In this document: positions 8,160 through 15,206 of the stretch, piece after piece
Layout of the letters: each line of letters begins with the position of its first letter
Numbering within the stretch: position 1 is the first letter of the stretch
DNA from: a virus
Lineage: Duplodnaviria; Caudoviricetes
DNA: 56,327 bases
Direction: 5' to 3' (one strand)
IMG/VR virus record: IMGVR_UViG_3300027889_000009
Span: 1 to 56,327 of that record
Program-made: the position numbers and the translations under genes
The notes under the pieces: model-generated
Databases searched by the model: none
Told to the model about the DNA's origin: nothing
Seen by the model: the letters and a program-made list of their open reading frames with translations, nothing else

Positions 8160-8597
8160 TTACACCTTAGGAGCCAACGATTGGACTGTCTTCATTGCTG
8201 CTTCGTTTTGGTCTACCACGAGTTGCTTGGCAATATGATCGCGGTACAACGACTCTGCCGCTACTGCCGCCGCCAGGTCGTCGGGCAATCCAGTCTGTGT
8301 TGCCTTCCAACGGGTCAACTCCATGTTGCTTTTCAACTGTACTCCCATACCGCTGTTGACCAGCATGTGAACCTTGTCGAGCACTGCCGACTGTGCGTCC
8401 AGCTTGGCATCCTGAATATCAGAGCGGTTTTCAAGCGTTTTCTTCACATCGCCCACTTTGGATGCCGCCTGGCCTGCGGCTACCTTGGCGTCGTCGGCAC
8501 CGTCCTTGACCGCGTTGCGTGTCTTGGTCTGAAGGTATCCCAGGTAGCACGCCACCACGGCACCGATCAGGGCTTGCCACACGACGTCGGACATCAC
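8160..8597 (-). CDS. N-terminal TM plus coiled-coil protein (lysis-module type)
   Basis: VVWQALIGAVVACYLGYL TM segment; DKVHMLVNSGM. Confidence 0.7.
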   Translation of the reverse strand: MMSDVVWQALIGAVVACYLGYLQTKTRNAVKDGADDAKVAAGQAASKVGDVKKTLENRSDIQDAKLDAQSAVLDKVHMLVNSGMGVQLKSNMELTRWKATQTGLPDDLAAAVAAESLYRDHIAKQLVVDQNEAAMKTVQSLAPKV

Positions 8598-8893
8598 TTC
8601 ACCCCGAAGAATTCCCTAGCCAACTCCAACCAATGTACGGCGTGCATGAACTTGACGCCACGTCTGCTCCGGTACTCAATCGCCGCCCGAATCCACGCGT
8701 CCTGTTCCGGAGTGTACGTCACTTCGTGGGAACCCGCTCCCGTGAATTCGGCAGCGTTCGGCGCCTCCTGCGGTGGGTGCCAACCCTGCGGCTCCGCCTT
8801 GCCAAAGATGCGCTTCCCGTGCTTGCCGGCGCAATCCTGGCACAGCTGGCTCTTGGGCTTCGCCTCTTGCTCATTGCAGCGCAAGCACAGCAT
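8594..8893 (-). CDS. Hypothetical protein with Cys cluster and planctomycete-type C-terminal helical domain
   Basis: CLRC...CQDC; YTPEQDAWIRAAIEYRSRRG. Confidence 0.65.
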   Translation of the reverse strand: MLCLRCNEQEAKPKSQLCQDCAGKHGKRIFGKAEPQGWHPPQEAPNAAEFTGAGSHEVTYTPEQDAWIRAAIEYRSRRGVKFMHAVHWLELAREFFGVK

Positions 8894-8994
8894 TGTCCAC
8901 TCTAAAAGTGCCGGCCTTCCCACCCACTGACCGGCGAGTGGGTTTCAACCAGGCGGCACCGTTTGCCCTCCCTGGTGCCGCTCTCGCTTGTGGT

Positions 8995-9219
8995 TCACGC
9001 TATCCTGATGATGGGGTGGCCTATCAGGGCCAAAAGAAAACCGATGGCCACAAAGACCGCCAGGATGACGAGCGCCACGCGCACAATGCGCATCCACGGC
9101 TCGACGTCGGGGAACTGCCTGCTGATGTAAAAAGTCAAGAAAAACATCAGGCCAAAAATGCCGCCAACGGCCAGGAGCCAGATGAAGATCCGCACCACTT
9201 CGTCTATACTGAGTACCAT
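8995..9219 (-). CDS. Small two-TM membrane protein
   Basis: 74 aa, two long hydrophobic helices separated by FPDVEPW. Confidence 0.75.
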   Translation of the reverse strand: MVLSIDEVVRIFIWLLAVGGIFGLMFFLTFYISRQFPDVEPWMRIVRVALVILAVFVAIGFLLALIGHPIIRIA

Positions 9220-9231
9220 TGCCGCACCCTT

Positions 9232-9624
9232 TCAGTTAGCCAAACCCGCCACCTGCACCACTTCCTCCTCCGTGGCGCTCCCCGCCGTCGCCAGCACGGA
9301 TCGGCACATCGCGTCACCGTTAAACTTCAGGAACGCCCCCAGTCCGTAGTCTTCCCTGAGCGGCGTGGCAATCTGCCGCCGCACGAACAGGTAGGCGCCC
9401 AGTGTGTTGGCCTTGGCGCCGGCAATAACCCCCGCTGGCGTCGGCGCCACCGGGCACAACCCACCGGCACCGCCGCCCAGGAACGCTTGCAGGGCCGCCA
9501 GGGCAGCTTGCAGGAGCGCCGCCCAGATGCCGGGCGGCAGCGCGCCCACGCGGCCGCCGGCAATCTCGTAGTTTGACTCCAGCTTCATCGAGATCGTCTG
9601 GAGGAAGTCGGTCGCGTCGGCCAT
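9232..9624 (-). CDS. Hypothetical protein
   Basis: AAGGA RBS then MADATDFLQ; amphipathic helix followed by CP. Confidence 0.7.
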   Translation of the reverse strand: MADATDFLQTISMKLESNYEIAGGRVGALPPGIWAALLQAALAALQAFLGGGAGGLCPVAPTPAGVIAGAKANTLGAYLFVRRQIATPLREDYGLGAFLKFNGDAMCRSVLATAGSATEEEVVQVAGLAN

Positions 9625-9643
9625 TGGCGTTGTCCTTGGGTGA

Positions 9644-9799
9644 TTAAAAATCGTTGCTTCTGTGGTCGAGCACCAGCGCGTACACAAAAAGCGACAGGTT
9701 CCACATGGCCCACACAGGCCAGTAGATGACGTTGCAAACCGGGCGCCCGATGGCCAGCAAATCCGGTATGCCCGTGCTGGTTCGTGGAAAGTGAATCAC
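9644..9799 (-). CDS. 51-aa hydrophobic peptide
   Basis: GTGA overlap with the upstream stop; VIHFPRT...VWAMWNLSLFVYALVLDHRSNDF. Confidence 0.4.
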   Translation of the reverse strand: MIHFPRTSTGIPDLLAIGRPVCNVIYWPVWAMWNLSLFVYALVLDHRSNDF

Positions 9800-10521
9800 G
9801 CAACCGTCCTTTTCTTCTTGGGTAAGAATCTCTCCAGCATGCCCACAAGCCGCACGGCCACTTCATGCGGTTCCTCGGCTTGCTCGACCAGTGCGATGCA
9901 CATTTCGGCCACGTCACCGGGAGAAGCCTTGGCAACGGCCTTGGTCAGCGACTCCTGGAAAGACCGATCCTCCTGTTCGGCGCGGCGTTTTTGAAAAGAC
10001 GATTGCCGCGAATACGGGCTTTTGTGCGTGTTGAGCACTTCGCCCATCGTCTTGATTACGCCCCAATTTTCGCTGACCGCACGCCGAAAAAGCGTCTTGG
10101 CCCGTTTCTCGTCGCCTTCCTTTATCCGCCAGGTTTCATGGGAGGATACGTTCTCGACTTCGTTGTTGCGTGTTCCCCGGCAGCGCTCGATGAACACCTG
10201 GAAATAGCGGATGGCAGCATGCGAGATCGTGCTTGAGGACAGGTCACAGCCAAGCAACTCGGCGGCCTGCGACGTAATTATCAATTCCCTGATAGTTTTG
10301 CACGATACGTCCAATGATTCAGCGGCTACCTGGATCGCTCGCTTCCGAGTTAGCGACTTTTTGAGCCGCGTCCACGGAGGCATGCCGTCGCCTTCCTTGA
10401 GGAAGGCCAGCACGAAATCGTGAAGCGTGTGCCCCACGGCCAGCAGCGTATCGCGGTGGTTGCGTTCGCCGCTTTGAAAGCGGACCTTGGCTTGCTGGAG
10501 CAACTCGGATGAAGTTGTCAT
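9796..10521 (-). CDS. Hypothetical basic helical protein (possible DNA binding)
   Basis: Start MTTSSELLQ; HTH-like RKRAIQVAAESLDVSCKTIRELI. Confidence 0.7.
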   Translation of the reverse strand: MTTSSELLQQAKVRFQSGERNHRDTLLAVGHTLHDFVLAFLKEGDGMPPWTRLKKSLTRKRAIQVAAESLDVSCKTIRELIITSQAAELLGCDLSSSTISHAAIRYFQVFIERCRGTRNNEVENVSSHETWRIKEGDEKRAKTLFRRAVSENWGVIKTMGEVLNTHKSPYSRQSSFQKRRAEQEDRSFQESLTKAVAKASPGDVAEMCIALVEQAEEPHEVAVRLVGMLERFLPKKKRTVA

Positions 10522-10523
10522 CG

Positions 10524-10871
10524 TCAATCCCCCGTCGATGCCGAGCGCTGCACCGCCACGTTGCCATTCGTCAGTACCGCGTTGCCGCCGTTGTCCACGC
10601 GCCGCACTTCCCAATACTGGTCACCCACGGGGAACGTCAGCGTTGTCAACCGTGGGATGCTGACCTGAAACTGCCCCATCGGCGCGTTGGTGATGGTCAC
10701 TGCAATTGTAGCAGGACTCGATGCCGTCGATGCCAGCACCGAACCACCCGGCCTGTCCGTCACCGTGGCGGCGATGGTCCATCCTGTGATGTCGATGGGG
10801 GACGGCACCACGGTACAGTTGCATTGGATGTCTTCCCCTTGGAAGAATACCAGTGGGTTGTAGATGCTCAT
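10524..10871 (-). CDS. BppU/LtfC-like baseplate or tail-fibre accessory protein
   Basis: FFQGED...PIDITGWTI...GQFQVSIP..T..FPVG..YWEV pattern. Confidence 0.7.
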   Translation of the reverse strand: MSIYNPLVFFQGEDIQCNCTVVPSPIDITGWTIAATVTDRPGGSVLASTASSPATIAVTITNAPMGQFQVSIPRLTTLTFPVGDQYWEVRRVDNGGNAVLTNGNVAVQRSASTGD

Positions 10872-11875
10872 TGTGGTGGATCCACTTCAAGGTTGAACAA
10901 GTTGCCTTGACTGACTCGCAGTTTGAATATCACCTTGGCACTTGATATGGGAACCGGCAATTCCAGGTTCAGGCCATGCACGAAGAATTGATTCTCCTGC
11001 GGTTGTCTCGGCAGCATCGGCAGCGGCCAGTCCAGCTGGTAGAACGGCTCTGGTGGAGCAACGTAGGTCGTCGTCGTCAGTAAGTTGGGCGGCGGCTCTG
11101 GCTGTATCGGATAACGGGGCCGCAATGGCAGCGGCCATTCGGTCAGATGGAACGGCGGCGCCGGCGCGACGTAGAACGTGGTCGTCAACAGATTGGGCGG
11201 GTCGGTGATTATCGGGTATCGCGGACGCATCGGGTTCGGCCAATCCACCTGATGGAACGGCGCGAATACAAAGAGCGTCGTGAGTAGATTTGGCGGCGAT
11301 TCTGGCTGAATCGGATAGCGTGGACGTTGGGGATTTGGCCAATCCAGTTGGTAGAAAGGCGACGGTGGCGCAACGAAGTCTACCGTCGTCAGCAGGTTGG
11401 GCGGATCTGAAAGTATGGGATAGCGCTGTCGCTGCGGCAGCGGCCAGTCTGTTTGGTAAAACGGGGCGGCTGGTGGAACAAAGAATGTCGTCGTCAGCAG
11501 ATTGGGCGGCAAGTCTGGCTGAACTGTGTTTCGCCGTGGCGGATTCGGCCAATCTGATTGCGAGAATGGCGCTGGAACCGCAGCACCCAGCACCATGTTG
11601 CTGTAGTTGAATACGGTCAGGCTTCGTGGACGAACTGGTGGATTCGGCCAATCGTAGACTGGTGCCTGCCCAGCAGCACCGAAGAATTGGTCCTGTCCTA
11701 TCAACTGGACGTTGGCGCCGCGAATGAATCCACGGTTCTCTTGCGGTTGCGAAGGTACGCGGGGATTCGGCCAATCTGCCTGCACGAAGGGCATCGCAGT
11801 AGATGCCAGTGTCGTGACAAGCAGATTGGATTGCTCGAACCACTGGTAAAACCTTCGCCGCCACGGGGTTGCCAC
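10868..11875 (-). CDS. Proline-rich repeat protein in the tail module
   Basis: Eight [DE]WP[NL]P motifs; ~34-aa units PFxQxDWPxP.RPRYPI..PPNLLTT. Confidence 0.8.
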   Translation of the reverse strand: MATPWRRRFYQWFEQSNLLVTTLASTAMPFVQADWPNPRVPSQPQENRGFIRGANVQLIGQDQFFGAAGQAPVYDWPNPPVRPRSLTVFNYSNMVLGAAVPAPFSQSDWPNPPRRNTVQPDLPPNLLTTTFFVPPAAPFYQTDWPLPQRQRYPILSDPPNLLTTVDFVAPPSPFYQLDWPNPQRPRYPIQPESPPNLLTTLFVFAPFHQVDWPNPMRPRYPIITDPPNLLTTTFYVAPAPPFHLTEWPLPLRPRYPIQPEPPPNLLTTTTYVAPPEPFYQLDWPLPMLPRQPQENQFFVHGLNLELPVPISSAKVIFKLRVSQGNLFNLEVDPPQ

Positions 11876-12802
11876 CTATACCTCGCTGGCTACTCGCTTT
11901 GCTTTTTTTCGCTCGTTGCGGCACGTTCGGCATTCAATCTTGCCCGAATTCGTGACGCGTAAATGAACATCATCGCGGGGATGACCGTTTGGACAATGTG
12001 TTGTTCTTTTCGCCTTCAATGTTGCACTGATTCTTGCTCGCACATCATCAGTCATCCTGTCGCACTGTGGAATCAGTGGCCTGCCAAGGTTTGCAGCATA
12101 CTCTTCCCTCTTTCGTGCGATGGACTCTTCCCGTTGTTCTGGCGTCCTGGCCGCACGACGTTGGCGTGCCTGTTCCTTGGTTATTTCACGACGGGAACGG
12201 TCGTACTCTCGTTTTTCTTCCCGGTGCGCTTCTGCATAAGCACGCATGGCTTCGGCTGTCATGTGTTTCGTGCGCTCATAGTAATTATTAGCCCTTGCTC
12301 GGCGAGTTTCCTGTTGCTCCGGTGTTTCGCTGGCATAGACAGATTTAACGCGAATCGTGTTGCATGTCCGACATATGCGTTTACTTTTGGCGTTGCTATA
12401 AGTGTTCGCCTCCGTGTATTCGTGCCCCTTTGGACAGTGGGTAATCAGGGCGGCGCGGGCGCCGTGAATCGCTTTCGCTCTCTCAAGTTGCTCCGGCGTG
12501 TATTTGGATCCTTCTCTTGACCGTGCCTTTGGACACACATTGAACACTGGCTTGGCGGTGTCCAGGTAATGTTGCTCTCTGGCAAGCAAGTCGGCCTTGT
12601 CACATTCCTCAACGACCACGAATGCAAAAGCATCCTCACCGTGTTTGCTCCAAGAATTTTGCAAGCGCGGCGAGTGATGCTTGCCATTTCGCAACAACTT
12701 TCGATGCTGGTGCCATCGGCTTTTGATGCGCTTGCTGCTACCGATGTACCTATTGCTGGTTCCTGTCTGTTCAATGGCGTAGATGCCACACTTCTGTTGC
12801 AT
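11876..12802 (-). CDS. GIY-YIG homing endonuclease with two THCPxGH..CRTC Zn modules
   Basis: CGIYAIEQTGTSNRYIGSSKRIKSRWHQHR...LQNSWSKHGEDAFAF...REQHYLD. Confidence 0.92.
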   Translation of the reverse strand: MQQKCGIYAIEQTGTSNRYIGSSKRIKSRWHQHRKLLRNGKHHSPRLQNSWSKHGEDAFAFVVVEECDKADLLAREQHYLDTAKPVFNVCPKARSREGSKYTPEQLERAKAIHGARAALITHCPKGHEYTEANTYSNAKSKRICRTCNTIRVKSVYASETPEQQETRRARANNYYERTKHMTAEAMRAYAEAHREEKREYDRSRREITKEQARQRRAARTPEQREESIARKREEYAANLGRPLIPQCDRMTDDVRARISATLKAKRTTHCPNGHPRDDVHLRVTNSGKIECRTCRNERKKAKRVASEV

Positions 12803-12848
12803 GATAATCCCCCTTGAAGACTATCATGCAACAAAGTCGCATCGTTGG

Positions 12849-13415
12849 CTATACGAAAGCCGAAAATGACGCAAGTGCGGCAACACCAACGCTTAACAGC
12901 AAAGCCAGCGGCTCATATACAAGGTGACTGCCGAGCAAACCGGGCGTGCCCCCTGTAAAAGCTGACAGCGACACTTCACCGAACGACGCGGCGTTTCCGA
13001 GCATGCGGAACTCGCCGCCGGGTGGCGCCACCCAGCGCACGATGCCGCCGAAAGCGTTGAAGGACAATTGCAGGCGCGCTCCGGTGGTCGATGGTACTGC
13101 CCGCTTGGGTTCCGTTGTCGCCGTGTCAAAGGCGACAGGTGGAGCGCCCAGCGCCGCCGTTGCCGGATCGAGTGGTCCTGTGCCAGATCCAGAGTTGGCG
13201 ATTGAAAGCGTGGCGCCGACGGTGCTATCACGGGCGAGTACCATGAAGGTGGGCGCTGATGCACCAGCTTGGCCACCCATGTATACTTCCTGGACGTCGA
13301 TGCGCTGCGTTGTTGAGCCACCCTGGAGTGCCATGTAGCCAGCCGCGGTAAAATTGGCATTGTCCGCAACGGCGGTCGGCGTCCAGGTTGATGATGCGTA
13401 GGTCCACTTTGCCAT
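12849..13415 (-). CDS. Putative virion structural protein
   Basis: Ala/Thr/Gly-rich; LSFNAFGGIVRWVAPPG; lies in the tail block. Confidence 0.7.
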   Translation of the reverse strand: MAKWTYASSTWTPTAVADNANFTAAGYMALQGGSTTQRIDVQEVYMGGQAGASAPTFMVLARDSTVGATLSIANSGSGTGPLDPATAALGAPPVAFDTATTEPKRAVPSTTGARLQLSFNAFGGIVRWVAPPGGEFRMLGNAASFGEVSLSAFTGGTPGLLGSHLVYEPLALLLSVGVAALASFSAFV

Positions 13416-13418
13416 TGT

Positions 13419-13835
13419 TCACTCTCCAAGGATAAGGGGCGATTTTGGTACGGTTAAGGATACTTTTGTCAACAAGGGCGACAGGTTAGGCAAACAAGTC
13501 ACTGGAATGCCCTTATCTTCAAGCCGAGAATTGTGCTCCTGCACAAAGTCCAGCAGTTTATCGATGCTGCAACAAACGCCGGTTTGCGCCATTGCAACCG
13601 CGCACACATCGCAGACATACGCATCACATCTGGGACAATATTCCCGCGCCCGCGTGCGCAATGGGTTAAGGATGACACAGGACGAACAATGTGCGCACGT
13701 CACCGTGGCGAACTCACCCCTTTTGTCAGCGCCAACGGCAGGGCCAGCTATGCCCGCAGCGTGCAGCATCTCAGGCGTGAGACCTGGACTAAACGTGTGG
13801 TCAATTAGTAAATAGCCTTCACGTTTTGTTGACAT
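13419..13835 (-). CDS. Zn-finger protein
   Basis: TCAHC...YCPRCDAYVCDVCA. Confidence 0.8.
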   Translation of the reverse strand: MSTKREGYLLIDHTFSPGLTPEMLHAAGIAGPAVGADKRGEFATVTCAHCSSCVILNPLRTRAREYCPRCDAYVCDVCAVAMAQTGVCCSIDKLLDFVQEHNSRLEDKGIPVTCLPNLSPLLTKVSLTVPKSPLILGE

Positions 13836-13877
13836 AATTACCTCAAGTCGGTTCCAATGGATTCTATTGGAAAGGAC

Positions 13878-15203
13878 TTACCAATAGTGTTCCAGCATCA
13901 TGTTGGTAGCATCTTCGTAACCGGGTTGTGGATTAGCTGGTACTGAATACGGAACCAACCCATACCCCGCAATTGCCCAAGCTGCCGTTATTGCTATGTT
14001 GTCCCACTGCATCGTAACGACAGTAGATGCCGGCACAAGTCCCTCGTCCGAATTTGCCCCATTTCCTAGAGTACCGAACACGATGTTGCGGCTGATCTGA
14101 CCAGTATGTGCGGTAACCGCCGACGATTGACCGGCAGCAACAGCTGAATGAACAGTGTCCTTATCGGCGACAGTGGTGATGTTCACCGTCGCGGGAGTGG
14201 CAACACCTGAATTTATTCCGCTATTGCCGGCAAAGGCTTCTGTTGGCGTGGATGGAGTGACGTTGTAGTAACTGGCAGCCGTGCCGGCGCTTGCCACCGA
14301 AGCGGAGAGGGTAACGGCGATGGTATGCGTACCAGTCGCTGGAGCAACCAGACCCCAGCACTCCACCCGTCCCGTTCCACTGACTACGTTCTGGGCACCT
14401 ATCAAGCTGAGCGATACACTGTTGTAAGTGACGCCTGTAACCGTGGTGCCGGGCACAGAAAATATCTCCACGTCCACGGCTAGAAAACCGTTGGCCCCGG
14501 TGCAGGTGTGCATCCACGTATAGGAAGACGACGCAGACTGATAACCAGAATTGGAAGCTGCATCGAACGGAGCACCTATCGGGTTAAATGGAGCGTCACC
14601 GTCCCAAACAATGCCGCCGTGCAGCGTCATCGTGTCGCTGTTGCCGCTGCCGTCCACCGTCGTCGTATTCCCCGGACCTTCGGTAAGTTCCCACAGGCCC
14701 AGCAGACTGCCCAAAGTGTTTGGGTTCAATGTCCCGTTGTAGATGTTCGCCGCCTGCGTGCTGCTCAGGGCGGTTGACGTGGCGAAGATGTCCCACAACT
14801 TTCCACTAAAGAAGAAGGAAGAGCTGGTTGACTGGCCAAAATTGCCGACACTATGATGCGTTGTATCCACAGCCCTTGAACTGGTGATTTCAGAAACACC
14901 GTTCAGGTACACCACCTGAGTGCCAGCGTTGGCCACAGCGACCACGTTGTACCAAACCCCGGTCGTCAGTACCGTGGTGCCATTATCGACGTTGGAGCCG
15001 TCCCACCCCATTTCGAGCACGTTGCCGCTTGTGACTCGCACGCTAAGGTATCCGTCCTGACAATAAATGAATTGCAAGACTCCCAGAGCGCTTAGCTTGA
15101 ACCAAAAGCCGAGAGTCAGTGTGGTACTGCTGAATATACCGCCATTGGCCAGCGATGTGTACTGGTTGCTGGCTGCGACAAAGTCTAGGCTATACCGTGC
15201 CAT
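13878..15203 (-). CDS. LamG/concanavalin-A-like tail or receptor-binding protein
   Basis: TLGFWFK...GVWYNVVAV...VYLNG...FFSGKLWDI..TSTALS...LLGLWELTEG followed by a second beta domain. Confidence 0.85.
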   Translation of the reverse strand: MARYSLDFVAASNQYTSLANGGIFSSTTLTLGFWFKLSALGVLQFIYCQDGYLSVRVTSGNVLEMGWDGSNVDNGTTVLTTGVWYNVVAVANAGTQVVYLNGVSEITSSRAVDTTHHSVGNFGQSTSSSFFFSGKLWDIFATSTALSSTQAANIYNGTLNPNTLGSLLGLWELTEGPGNTTTVDGSGNSDTMTLHGGIVWDGDAPFNPIGAPFDAASNSGYQSASSSYTWMHTCTGANGFLAVDVEIFSVPGTTVTGVTYNSVSLSLIGAQNVVSGTGRVECWGLVAPATGTHTIAVTLSASVASAGTAASYYNVTPSTPTEAFAGNSGINSGVATPATVNITTVADKDTVHSAVAAGQSSAVTAHTGQISRNIVFGTLGNGANSDEGLVPASTVVTMQWDNIAITAAWAIAGYGLVPYSVPANPQPGYEDATNMMLEHYW

Positions 15204-15206
15204 CAG

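Noticed and set aside
10980-11800. DNA repeats resembling a CRISPR array or a DGR TR/VR pair
   Set aside because: Repeats are codon-degenerate and in frame, with no unique spacers; no adenine-specific variation noticed and no reverse transcriptase in the window
10887-11933. 348-aa alternative-frame repeat ORF
   Set aside because: Frame shadow of the Pro-rich repeat gene
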